From Thermoproteus sp. (lineage in GTDB: Archaea > Thermoproteota > Thermoprotei > Thermoproteales > Thermoproteaceae): a stretch of 64,000 nucleotides of DNA. Location of the stretch: contig JBMFIG010000005.1 in assembly GCA_049976425.1 (NCBI GenBank), forward strand, positions 22,644 to 86,643. Reading direction: 5' to 3'. The position numbers were made by a program, and so were the translations under genes. Shown in pieces: positions 30,727 to 39,958 of the stretch. Every line of letters starts with the position of its first letter. The first letter of the stretch is position 1. The notes beneath the pieces were generated by a model. The model searched no databases. It was given only the letters and a program-made list of their open reading frames with translations, and had not been told where the DNA came from.

Positions 30727-31200
30727 GTGTTCGGTATAGCCATGCCCGACTGGAGGGACGGCGTAATAGCCGTGGTCAAGGCGGACGAGTCGGTTGACGA
30801 CGCGGTCAGATACATAATGTCGTCGTGCGGAGTCTCTACCCTAGACATAGCAGAGTTGCCTAGATATAAACTATCATGTATAGAAACTCTTCTAAGAAAT
30901 TATAGATATGAATCAATAATATATATTACAGATATCTACGGAATAGTAAATAAAATAGCGCTAGAAAGCGGCATAAGCCGTTCTATCCTCTTTAACGAAG
31001 CGTGGTCCTATCTATCCAAGCATATCTGTAGCGGGATCGACTCGGCTCAATGCGACGGCGAGGTTAGGCTGCCGTGTTGTAAGTCCAATTGCGGCGCCTT
31101 GTGCGAACTGGCTAAGCTGGAGGCGCATATGCGGCGCGGGGTTGTGGTAGATCTGACGAGGAAATTGGCTGAGGCCTTAGGCGTATCTCAGAACCTCTAG
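30727..31200 (+). CDS. Hypothetical Cys-rich protein
   Basis: ORF downstream of TTTTATTAAA box; start uncertain (30679, 30727 or 30742). Confidence 0.6.
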   Translation: MFGIAMPDWRDGVIAVVKADESVDDAVRYIMSSCGVSTLDIAELPRYKLSCIETLLRNYRYESIIYITDIYGIVNKIALESGISRSILFNEAWSYLSKHICSGIDSAQCDGEVRLPCCKSNCGALCELAKLEAHMRRGVVVDLTRKLAEALGVSQNL

Positions 31201-32769
31201 GCGTTTCTCGCTCCACTTAGCCCTCAACATCTCCTTATAGCGCTCGATGTCGGCCTCGGCCTTATCAAGCCTTTTCTCGACATAATTTATGAAGTAATTA
31301 GTTAATAATCTAATAGGCGCGTAGTGGATGCCCTTGAAGTAGAACTTGTTGACTATATCGCGAGCCCAGAAGATAGAGTGTTTGGCGACCACCTTCAAGA
31401 GATCTATGTGTTCTGGGTAGAGGTTCATCTTGTCCAGCCACCCAGTCTTCTCGGCCTTGACGTGGCTCATGGGCACGTAGAACAACGGGACTATCAGAGA
31501 TCTGTAGGGCTTGAGCCTTTCTATCAGCTCTATCGTCTGGACCACGTCGTCCGGCAGCTCGCCGGGGAGGCCGACTATGAGGGTCACTGCAGGTATTAGC
31601 CTGAGCTCGTGCATTATGGCCATGGACTCTTCAACTATGTCGTGCCACTGCTCTATCTTATAGGGCGCCGCCTTGCCGGGCATTATCTGTTTGGCCACCC
31701 TAATAGAGCCAGTCTCTAGCCCTATTTCGGCGCCCCACCAGTCCTGATGCTCGTCTTTTATTATATCGGCTATCTTCGTCATGAGCTTTCCGTACTTCTT
31801 CTCGGCCAACAAGACGGCTACGAAGGTTGTGTGGCTCCACCCCACTTTTCTGTAATACTTCTTAGCCAACTTGTGTAGCTCTATAAGCGCCGTGGGGTTC
31901 AGCTCCACCCCGTTAGAGCCGTAGAGCGGCACCTCGTCCGAGTGCAGTATGCCGTCGACGACGCCGGCCCTCGCGTTTACCTTCAACTCCTCCTCGATCT
32001 TGCTGAGGGGATACCACCTCAGAGGCCTCAGAGTGACCGAACAGAAGGCGCAACCTCTGGGGCACCCCCTGCCTATCTCGACCAGGCCGTTTATGGAGGC
32101 TCCCTTGATCGTGGAAATCTCTTCCACGCTCGGAGCCTCGGAGGCCCCTACGTAGACGTACCTCGGCGGGGTCTTCCCCTCAAGCGCGTTCTTGACGACC
32201 TCGACTATAAGCTTCTCCCCCTCCCCGTCGAATATGGTGTCTATGCCCCAGCGCTCTACCAAGTCGGGGTAGTAGAGCCACTGCCAAGCCGCCGGCCCTC
32301 CGACCATAACCTTTAGGCCGCTCGCCCTCTTGGCCTCCCATATATCTCCCTCTATCCGCTCCATGAACTTCCTGAAGAGATACGCGTTAAGGGTCTCCTT
32401 GCCCAATATCACCCCCCATGTGCTTGACGGCGGATTTACTCCGAAGTAGTCGTGGTGGCTCAACATCAAGATCTTGGCGCTCTTGAGATATCGCGGGACG
32501 TAGTCTGGATCTATTATGGCGGCGTTTATACCTGCGTCGAGCAACTTCGCCTCTATTTTCCTCATGCCGTAGGGCGCCTGTATGGGCCTCCCCATCTTGT
32601 CCGTCTTTATCTTGGGGGCGAAGAGAAAGGTGTGGAACTTCTCGGAGAGGCCGAAGGGGAGCTCGACGAATACAGGGCCAGTGGTGCCGAACCCCAAAAA
32701 CTCCTTCCCGTGATAGTTGCTCATCATGCCCCTGTCTGTGGTCAATATCACGTCAAAGCCCATAACCAC
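31177..32769 (-). CDS. B12-binding radical SAM protein, GDGT ring synthase (Grs)-like
   Basis: GRGCPRGCAFCSVT radical SAM motif; N-terminal VILTTDR, APYGMRKIEAKL, HHDYFG, GGPAAWQ as recalled for Grs proteins. Confidence 0.75.
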   Translation of the reverse strand: MVMGFDVILTTDRGMMSNYHGKEFLGFGTTGPVFVELPFGLSEKFHTFLFAPKIKTDKMGRPIQAPYGMRKIEAKLLDAGINAAIIDPDYVPRYLKSAKILMLSHHDYFGVNPPSSTWGVILGKETLNAYLFRKFMERIEGDIWEAKRASGLKVMVGGPAAWQWLYYPDLVERWGIDTIFDGEGEKLIVEVVKNALEGKTPPRYVYVGASEAPSVEEISTIKGASINGLVEIGRGCPRGCAFCSVTLRPLRWYPLSKIEEELKVNARAGVVDGILHSDEVPLYGSNGVELNPTALIELHKLAKKYYRKVGWSHTTFVAVLLAEKKYGKLMTKIADIIKDEHQDWWGAEIGLETGSIRVAKQIMPGKAAPYKIEQWHDIVEESMAIMHELRLIPAVTLIVGLPGELPDDVVQTIELIERLKPYRSLIVPLFYVPMSHVKAEKTGWLDKMNLYPEHIDLLKVVAKHSIFWARDIVNKFYFKGIHYAPIRLLTNYFINYVEKRLDKAEADIERYKEMLRAKWSEKRLEVLRYA

Positions 32770-32811
32770 ATGCCGATGTGACGATTTAAAGCATTACTGG
32801 CGTAGATCGCG

Positions 32812-33435
32812 GTGGACGTGCTGGAGCTACGCCCCGTAGATAGGAGGGAGATGGAGGAGGTGCTCGCGGCTTTGAGGGAGTTCGGCGCAATGCCGGTCGA
32901 CATCGTCCTTATATTCGCCGATAGGGATTCTGCAAGAGAGCTGGCAGGAGCTGATGTGGAGACCGTCAAGGCTATTGAGCGCGAGGGCCATTACGTATTG
33001 GTTTTGGTGAGGCCCGATAAGCTATCTCTGTGGCGCGAGCTGGCCGCCATAAGCGCGTTGAACGATGTAGATGCGGTATCCATATGGGCGCGGCCTGAAC
33101 ACGTAGGCGGCGAGCTCGCGGAGTTGTTATCGATAGCACTATATAGGCGTGTGGTGGACCTATATATAGCGCGGAGGGACGTCCAACTGCTGGCGAGCTC
33201 CTTCAATCCACAGGACATGCCGGTGGAGGCTGACGACGTGAAGAGGTCTCTTGTATACACGCTGGCCCTAGACGCCACCGTCAGCATCGCGGTTGCCGGC
33301 TTTAGAAGCCTCGCCGAGGAGCTCTATCTGCGCGTTAAGAGGGTCCCGATATATGATCTTTACAGTAGATTTAGAAATTTCGTTATAAACAACTTTAAAT
33401 TCGAATATATATATAATTATTTATCCCTTATTTAG
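32812..33435 (+). CDS. Hypothetical protein, 207 aa
   Basis: GTG start after a TTTAAA box; convergent with radA. Confidence 0.7.
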   Translation: MDVLELRPVDRREMEEVLAALREFGAMPVDIVLIFADRDSARELAGADVETVKAIEREGHYVLVLVRPDKLSLWRELAAISALNDVDAVSIWARPEHVGGELAELLSIALYRRVVDLYIARRDVQLLASSFNPQDMPVEADDVKRSLVYTLALDATVSIAVAGFRSLAEELYLRVKRVPIYDLYSRFRNFVINNFKFEYIYNYLSLI

Positions 33436-34445
33436 TCCGTTAGGCCCTCCTCCGTTATCTTGAACGTAGCTTCGCGCTCGGGGTGGTAGGGCGAGTCGAA
33501 GATCTTCGCTATTCTTATATTCTCCTTGCTCTTCCTAAGCCATATGCGGTAGGTCGCTCCGTGGGCCAGCACGTTGCCTCCGGCGGGCCTCAGCGGGTTG
33601 CCGAAGAACACGTCGGGCTGGGCCATCACCTGGTTGGTCACCACCACCGCCACGTCGTAGGCGTCGGCTATCTTCAAGAGGTCGGCTATGTGTTTGTTGA
33701 GCTTCTGTTGCCTCTCGGCGAGGTTCTCCCTGCCCGGAAACTCGGCGCGGAAATGTGCCACTATAGAATCGACCACTAATAGCTTTACATTATCTTGTTT
33801 TATGATACGCCTCGCCTGCTCGACCAAGATCATCTGGTGGTCGGACGAGTAGGCCCTAGCGTAGTATATGTTCTTGAGCGCCTGGTCGGGGTCGAGCCCG
33901 CGCGCTCTAGCCATCTGGGTTATGCGCTCCGGGCGGAAGGTGTTCTCCGTATCTATGTATATGGCCTTGGCGTTGAGCCCGCCCCTGTCCTCCGGCAACT
34001 GCACCATGACGGCCAGCTGGTGGCAGAACTGCGTCTTCCCGGCGCCGAACTCGCCCGCTACCTCGGTCACCGCGCCCGTCTCCACGCCTCCGTTCAACAG
34101 CTCGTCGAGGGAGCGGACCCCTGTGGATATGCGTTTTATATTGACGCGTTTTCTATATACGTCTAGAGCCGATATGAAGCTGGACAGCCCCAGCATGCTC
34201 CTGGCAGCCTCTATTATCTGGGCCGCCCTCTCCTCGTTGCCTATAATATCGGCGATCTCCTTGACGGATGCGAAGGCGAGGTCCCTCACTGTGTAATAAC
34301 CCCTCTCTTTAAGCTTCTGGCCAGTCACCTTGCCGATACCCTCCAGCTCCTCTACGTCTAGCTCGGCCTGCTTCTCCGAGGGCCGCTCCACTACCTCCAC
34401 CTCGGCCTCCTCCGGCGCCTCCTCTCTCCTCCTCGGCCTCGGCAC
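33432..34445 (-). CDS. radA: DNA repair and recombination protein RadA
   Basis: N-terminal Hh[36 protein letters not shown]. Confidence 0.97.
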   Translation of the reverse strand: MPRPRRREEAPEEAEVEVVERPSEKQAELDVEELEGIGKVTGQKLKERGYYTVRDLAFASVKEIADIIGNEERAAQIIEAARSMLGLSSFISALDVYRKRVNIKRISTGVRSLDELLNGGVETGAVTEVAGEFGAGKTQFCHQLAVMVQLPEDRGGLNAKAIYIDTENTFRPERITQMARARGLDPDQALKNIYYARAYSSDHQMILVEQARRIIKQDNVKLLVVDSIVAHFRAEFPGRENLAERQQKLNKHIADLLKIADAYDVAVVVTNQVMAQPDVFFGNPLRPAGGNVLAHGATYRIWLRKSKENIRIAKIFDSPYHPEREATFKITEEGLTD

Positions 34446-34475
34446 GTCTTAAATACTGGTCCGAACAATATAAAC

Positions 34476-34526
34476 TTGATGGAGAGCCTGCTGGCGCCGA
34501 TAGGTGAGGCCGGGGTCAGGGACTGA
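34476..34526 (+). ncRNA. Candidate C/D box sRNA
   Basis: TTGATGG (C-like)-agagcctgctggcg-CCGA-tag-GTGAGGC-cggggtcaggga-CTGA. Confidence 0.6.
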
Positions 34527-34552
34527 CAATATATTACGGACTACTCCAGTAC

Positions 34553-35380
34553 GTGGCGCTCAGAAATCTCCTCAGAGGCGTGATACCGGAGGATTTATTG
34601 ACTCTGGTACCCTCGTCCTTCGACATAATAGGATCTAGGCAAGGGGCCGTGGCGATAATAGAACTACCGGACGAGCTCGAGCCGTACAAGGTCGAGATAG
34701 CCGAGGCCATTAGGAAGCTGAACAAGAACATAGGCGCCGTGATAAGGCGGAGGGGGGCGAGATCGGGGCCCTATAGGCTATACAACTACGAGATATTGAT
34801 AGAAGGCCCTACCGAGGTTATACATAAGGAACATGGATATTTTATAAAGGTAGATCCTACTAAGGTATATTTCTCCCCTAGAGATCAAAGCGACAGGGCC
34901 GAGCTGGCCGATATGGTCCAGGACGGCGAGCGGGTGCTCTACCTATTCGCCGGCGTCGGGCCGTACGCGGTGGCCATAGCCAAGAGGCGGAAAGTGCGCT
35001 GGATATACGCAGTGGAGCTGAACCCGTGGGGTCTCAAGTACATGATCGACAATGTCAGGATAAACAAGCTGACCTCGGTGGTGCCTATCAGGGCCGACGT
35101 GGCTGACTTCTGCTCGGCCTTCGCCGCAAAGGCAGATAGGGTTTTGATGACATTGCCGCTGGGCGCAAAGGATCACTTAGATGTAGCTCTCCGTTGTGTC
35201 GAGGACGGAGGGTATTTGCATTTCTACCATACAGGCCCCGAGGAGGATCCGTTCCGCGAGGCCGAGGAGCTGGTCAAGTCGTTGTGCGCCGGATGTTGTA
35301 TCGTAGGTAGGAAGGTCGTGAGGGACTACGCCCCCCACATATACAAAATAAGGATCGACGTGAGGGTCAGAAGAACCTAG
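34553..35380 (+). CDS. Trm5/Taw2-family (Met-10+) tRNA-modifying SAM-dependent enzyme
   Basis: SSFDIIG, HKEHGYFIKVDPTKVYFSPR, LFAGVGPY, VELNP, VVRDYAP. Confidence 0.88.
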   Translation: MALRNLLRGVIPEDLLTLVPSSFDIIGSRQGAVAIIELPDELEPYKVEIAEAIRKLNKNIGAVIRRRGARSGPYRLYNYEILIEGPTEVIHKEHGYFIKVDPTKVYFSPRDQSDRAELADMVQDGERVLYLFAGVGPYAVAIAKRRKVRWIYAVELNPWGLKYMIDNVRINKLTSVVPIRADVADFCSAFAAKADRVLMTLPLGAKDHLDVALRCVEDGGYLHFYHTGPEEDPFREAEELVKSLCAGCCIVGRKVVRDYAPHIYKIRIDVRVRRT

Positions 35381-35861
35381 GGGTCTCCTGACCTCCCCTC
35401 CTCCTCTCTCCGCTCTCGCCTTGTCCGTGTCCGCTCCTCTGCATTATGTATAGGGTCATGACCTCGGGGACTCGGCCCTCCTTAGCGTATTTGGCCAACA
35501 GATCGCGGTACTCCGACGTGTGGTCTATATCTACTTGTATGAACTTCACGGCAACCTCGCGCAACATGCCCTCTAGTCGTCTGAGCATGTCAAGCGGCAT
35601 TATCGCGGTCACGAGGGGGTTGTTCAGCCACGACTCGAAGTCCTTCAACACGCGGCCTATATACCCCAGCATGGCCTGGGCCGAGTAGAGCAGAGTCAGC
35701 CTATCCGCAGCCTCCATGACCTTGCCGTGGGCTTCCAGATCGTTCACTATCCGTCTCTGCTCCTTGACCCACTGCTCCAGCCGCTCCATCATGCTCTCCA
35801 GGTAGTCCATTATCGGCTCTGAGGCCGGTACATCCGACATGTACACCACCTCGTCCGACAT
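35367..35861 (-). CDS. DUF2153 family protein
   Basis: LEQWVKEQ, ADRLTL, FESWLNNPLV, DIDHTSEYRDL. Confidence 0.78.
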   Translation of the reverse strand: MSDEVVYMSDVPASEPIMDYLESMMERLEQWVKEQRRIVNDLEAHGKVMEAADRLTLLYSAQAMLGYIGRVLKDFESWLNNPLVTAIMPLDMLRRLEGMLREVAVKFIQVDIDHTSEYRDLLAKYAKEGRVPEVMTLYIMQRSGHGQGESGERRRGGQETPRFF

Positions 35862-35886
35862 TAATAAAGTTATGTCTCCGCCGGGG

Positions 35887-37482
35887 TTAAAGGAGCGAGG
35901 CGAGCAATAGAGGGGCCAATATCAAATAGACCACCATCAACACGCCCAGTCTCTTGTAGCTCTCCACGACGCTTCTTATCTTGGCGAAATTAGGCCCGAA
36001 CACGTCCGCCTCGACCTCTACCTCTCTATAGGCCGCTCTCTTAGCCCCGAGAGAGCTCTCGGCGGCGGCGACGGCCTTGTTGACTAGCTTGAAGAGCTCC
36101 TCGCGCCTTATGCCGGAGCCGACCACTCTGTAGCCGCCTCCGCCTACGCCCATGCCGGTCGACGCGTGCGTATCCGTAGTAATCGCCTCGACCAAGGCAT
36201 AGGCTTTGCCGAACCTATCCTGTAGCTCCCTATAGAACGAGCCGTCCATGTTGTTTCCGTCGAATATCAACAGAAGGCTCTTCTGCCCGTCGCACTCGGC
36301 GACCACAGCGGCGACTCCGCCCGCTCCTAGCTCAAGCCTTAGCGGATCCACGAGCGAGGAGTCGGCTCTGCCTATCCCCACCTTGAATTCTCGGCAACTC
36401 TCGGGTTTCGCAACGACGTCAAGCGCCTTCTGGAGAGACGACACGTCCTCGTCGCTCCATTTGAGGGGGCCGTCGAACTTGTTCTGGGCGTCTACGATAA
36501 CATAGCCCTTTGCGTCCACCTTCTGCGCCACGTCCAGAGGCACGTCGTCAGAGGCCGAGCTGACTCTAGATATTATCGCCAACGGCGGGCCGACGCCCAG
36601 CGAGTAGGTAGTCAGCCTCACATCGCCGACTTCCAGCCTCTGAGGCCTCACGCCCCTTAACGCGTCCTCCGCCTGCATCGAGGAGGCTACCCTAAATATC
36701 TCGCCGACTATCTTCTCGACGTCATCCGACGATACGGGGTCCCGCTCGTGGCTACCGACGCCGTGGATAAACACCACATCGTAGCCGCTTCTGAGTCCCC
36801 TAGCCACCAGCTTCTCCACAAGGATACCCCCTCCGACGTTCCTAAAAGGCCCGGGATGAAAGTCCGAGACTACTATCAGATGCCTCCTCCCGCCCTCTAT
36901 GAGATATAGATGGATTTTTCCGCGGTCTCTAACTCCCAGAGGCTTGAAGACGTGGTCGAACATGCCCTCGGCGGAGACCGAGGAGTAAAGAAAGCTACTC
37001 AACATGCACAGCGCATCGCCGCCTTTAACCCTACCCGCCAGATATCTCTTCAACAGGGGCATAGACACGGCGTAGGCCGCGGCAACTGCGGCTAGCGCGT
37101 AGTCGTGCAGGTAAAGGTAGTATAGAGGCGTCAGTACCATGGGCACTAGATATACCCTATCTCTGCAACGCAGAGACATAGACATGGAAGAGGCCACGAC
37201 GGAAGAGATGAGTAGATAATGCAGAGGCGGCTTTTCGAGGATTAGATCAAACAGAGCGCCGAGGCCCAGGGCGAACGAGGTGACCTTGAACACGCCGGTC
37301 CGCGTCCACAAGCGGCGTCCGACAAAAAAGAAAAATAGGTAAAATAGTAAAAATGATATTATATATAATGCATTTCTTTTAATAATAATAGTAATTAATA
37401 TAACTGTAAATAAAATATATGACAGTATACTTGGCGCCTCATTGAAGACGTTGCTGTACACCTCCTCGAACGTCCTCTTCAT
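35887..37482 (-). CDS. DUF2070 family membrane protein
   Basis: N-terminal TM segments; HPGPFRNVGG, HGVGSHERD, DAQN, DGNN, TTDTH. Confidence 0.85.
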   Translation of the reverse strand: MKRTFEEVYSNVFNEAPSILSYILFTVILITIIIKRNALYIISFLLFYLFFFFVGRRLWTRTGVFKVTSFALGLGALFDLILEKPPLHYLLISSVVASSMSMSLRCRDRVYLVPMVLTPLYYLYLHDYALAAVAAAYAVSMPLLKRYLAGRVKGGDALCMLSSFLYSSVSAEGMFDHVFKPLGVRDRGKIHLYLIEGGRRHLIVVSDFHPGPFRNVGGGILVEKLVARGLRSGYDVVFIHGVGSHERDPVSSDDVEKIVGEIFRVASSMQAEDALRGVRPQRLEVGDVRLTTYSLGVGPPLAIISRVSSASDDVPLDVAQKVDAKGYVIVDAQNKFDGPLKWSDEDVSSLQKALDVVAKPESCREFKVGIGRADSSLVDPLRLELGAGGVAAVVAECDGQKSLLLIFDGNNMDGSFYRELQDRFGKAYALVEAITTDTHASTGMGVGGGGYRVVGSGIRREELFKLVNKAVAAAESSLGAKRAAYREVEVEADVFGPNFAKIRSVVESYKRLGVLMVVYLILAPLLLASLL

Positions 37483-38351
37483 AGACTTTCAATATATGAG
37501 CGTAAAGCCATTGATTGTGAATGAGATGAGATATATTTACTTAGATATGTGTTATGTTTAGGGAATCTATATATGTATAATGTTTCATTAAGGAGATCCA
37601 GTGCCATGTATCCGCTCGGCGAGATCTCCAACTCGCCGATCCTATTGGCGACAGATCTATGGACTCTGGGATTTACGTGAGGGTGGAGGAGTATCGCGTA
37701 GTCTAAGCCGTATCTCAAATAGTCGTTGATGGCCGAGAAACCCATATGCACCGTCCTCGTAATGTCTAGATACTTAATGCCAATAATATATTTATTTTCT
37801 AATTTTATTAAAATATCTATTTGTGTATTATATTTATTTATTAATTGAGGTATAAATGATATTTTAGTTAGTATCTTCTCTACCTTGCCCCATAGGAAAT
37901 ACCCTGCCGAGCTTATGTATCCCGACAACGCCTCTACGACGTCCCCTCCGCCGATGCCGGAGAGGCTCACGACGTAAGGCCTCTTGATCTGTTGCGTCTC
38001 TTCGTCCTCTATGGGCAGATATTCGAGCAACCGCTCGCTCAGCGCGGTATAGGGCACGTAGTAGAAGTCGCCCAAGCTCTCCGCCAGCCCGGCCCTCGCC
38101 ATGGCTTGTAGCGACGGGCATGGACTGGCCCTGCTGGAGCAGTCTATCAAGAGACTCCCCGAGAGGAAGCCGAAAGCCCTATTCTTTATGTTGTTGCTCC
38201 TTAACGAGGCAAGCGCCTTCAGCGCGTCGCCGGGCACGTCTACTATCTTCTCAAGTATCTTTTCCAAGGGATAGAGCTCGCCGGCTCTCTCGGCCTCGGC
38301 CCTATGATCGGCGGGAGTACACGAGAGCCTCTCGGCGCAGAGCAAGTCCAC
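37479..38351 (-). CDS. Hypothetical protein, 290 aa
   Basis: Long ORF coupled to the DUF2070 gene (ATGA overlap). Confidence 0.72.
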   Translation of the reverse strand: MDLLCAERLSCTPADHRAEAERAGELYPLEKILEKIVDVPGDALKALASLRSNNIKNRAFGFLSGSLLIDCSSRASPCPSLQAMARAGLAESLGDFYYVPYTALSERLLEYLPIEDEETQQIKRPYVVSLSGIGGGDVVEALSGYISSAGYFLWGKVEKILTKISFIPQLINKYNTQIDILIKLENKYIIGIKYLDITRTVHMGFSAINDYLRYGLDYAILLHPHVNPRVHRSVANRIGELEISPSGYMALDLLNETLYIYRFPKHNTYLSKYISSHSQSMALRSYIESL

Positions 38352-38377
38352 GGAACCACAGGTCCTTTAATAAATTT

Positions 38378-38428
38378 TCAGACAATCGAGCGCTCTTCAC
38401 GGGTATCTAGCCGGGGATAAATCATCAC
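38378..38428 (-). ncRNA. C/D box sRNA
   Basis: Minus strand: GTGATGA-tttatccccgg-CTAG(A)-taccc-GTGAAGA-gcgctcgattgt-CTGA. Confidence 0.8.
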
Positions 38429-38439
38429 GTGGAGTCCCT

Positions 38440-39036
38440 CTACATGTATTTTAAAAGGCCTCCCTCGCTACCGCCGAGGAATCTTCTCAAGTCCTCCTCG
38501 AGGGTGGTCCTCAGCCTCGGGTTGTAAAGCGCGGCTGCCGGGTGGTACGTTACGCATAACGTGGTCTCGACGCCAGCTATGCGGACCTTGAAGCACCTCC
38601 CCCTCACGTCGGCGATCTTGGCCACTCTACGGCCGGCGAGGGACATCAACGTCCTGGCGCTGTGTACGCCGAGAGCGACTATCAGCCGCGGCCTAATCGC
38701 CGCGATCTGCTCCACTAAATACGGCGTGCATGCGGCTATCTCGTCCTCTAGAGGCTCCCTATTGCCCGGAGGTCGGCACTTGACTACGTTGGTTATGAAG
38801 ACGTCGCGCCCTCTATCTATACCGTATTTAGACAATATACTTGTCAAGAGCTTGCCAGCAGGCCCCACGAAGGGCCTGCCCTCCTCGTCCTCCTTCTCGC
38901 CAGGAGCCTCGCCCACAATCATGACGCCCTTCTCGGCCCTCCCCTCTCCCGGAACCGCCAGCCGCCTTGTCTCGTGCAGTCTGCATCTGGTACATCTGCG
39001 TATCCGCTCAGCTATCTCCAGCAACTTATCGTCCAC
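38440..39036 (-). CDS. udg: Family 4 uracil-DNA glycosylase (Fe-S)
   Basis: CTRCRL, VGEAPG, GRPFVGPAG, TNVVKCRPPGNREP, TYHPAAALY. Confidence 0.94.
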   Translation of the reverse strand: MDDKLLEIAERIRRCTRCRLHETRRLAVPGEGRAEKGVMIVGEAPGEKEDEEGRPFVGPAGKLLTSILSKYGIDRGRDVFITNVVKCRPPGNREPLEDEIAACTPYLVEQIAAIRPRLIVALGVHSARTLMSLAGRRVAKIADVRGRCFKVRIAGVETTLCVTYHPAAALYNPRLRTTLEEDLRRFLGGSEGGLLKYM

Positions 39037-39098
39037 GGACGCCGTTTAATACCGACAATTAACTATTACTCTTTTTATAGCCGACGCGCGCCGGTATC

Positions 39099-39755
39099 GT
39101 GTTCTGGCGGCTGTTCTCGCCCCAGAAGCAGAAAGAGTTGCCGAAGGTTGGGGGGAAGCCCGTGTATATAGGAGGTATGTTGTTCTTGGGCACTGCCGAG
39201 CGCGGCGAGTTCGACGTGCGGAGGCATAAGCTGGTGGCCCTACACATAAGGGACAGCTCAGGCCTTCAGTATAAGCTCGACACCAGCGACGTGAGGGTCA
39301 AGATATCTAAAGAGAGCATAGATCTAGAGATTTCGGCGGTGCCCAAGTTCTTCGAGATAAAGATAAGAGAGCTCAACGATATTGTAAAGAGGCTCGGCGA
39401 CGAGAGGAGGAATATAGAGGACTCGTACAGGAAGCTCGAAGAGGCGTTGATAAGGGGCTCCATCAGCATGCAGATATATGAGGACTCCAAGAAGAGGATT
39501 GCAGAAAAGGAGAAGAGGCTGATAGCCTCCTGCATGGAGGCCGAGAGGAGCTTCGTGAAGATAAACGACGACCTGAAGAGGCTCCTCGGCGACGTGGAAT
39601 CGAAGAGGGAAGCGCTGGAGGCCAAAAGGCTCTTAGACAGACTCGATAGGGGCGAGGAAGACATGCTGGCTAATCTGATAGCTCTGAGAACTAACATAAT
39701 GTCGATAGAGCAGATGCTGAATACCTTATTATTGCAGTTGAGGCTGGTCTGCTAG
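39099..39755 (+). CDS. CdvA-like protein (PRC-barrel-like N-terminus plus coiled coil)
   Basis: GKPVYIGGMLFLGTAE beta-barrel pattern then RKLEEALIRGSISMQIYEDSKKRI helical motif resembling Sulfolobus CdvA; ORF itself is solid, the family call is by eye. Confidence 0.55.
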   Translation: MFWRLFSPQKQKELPKVGGKPVYIGGMLFLGTAERGEFDVRRHKLVALHIRDSSGLQYKLDTSDVRVKISKESIDLEISAVPKFFEIKIRELNDIVKRLGDERRNIEDSYRKLEEALIRGSISMQIYEDSKKRIAEKEKRLIASCMEAERSFVKINDDLKRLLGDVESKREALEAKRLLDRLDRGEEDMLANLIALRTNIMSIEQMLNTLLLQLRLVC

Positions 39756-39958
39756 TCGGCTATATCCACCCCGGCAAAGTCGCTTGGCGGTACGAGGCGT
39801 CCGCCGTCGTCGTAGTACCCGAGCACCGCGTGTTCCCTATTTGCCCTACACTTTCTGCAATATATGTAGATGCGGCCCTTGAAGGCTGTTAAGTTAAAGC
39901 CGACGTCCAGCACGCGCTCGTTGCCGCAGGCGGTGCAACGGAGTAGCCACTTCGTCAT
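39752..39958 (-). CDS. Small zinc-ribbon protein, 68 aa
   Basis: CTAC...CRKC...H; coupled to the upstream ATP-grasp gene. Confidence 0.75.
   Translation of the reverse strand: MTKWLLRCTACGNERVLDVGFNLTAFKGRIYIYCRKCRANREHAVLGYYDDGGRLVPPSDFAGVDIAD

Noticed and set aside
20634-34445. Inteins in rpoA1, rpoB, atpA or radA
   Set aside because: Protein lengths are normal and no intein-like insertions are visible
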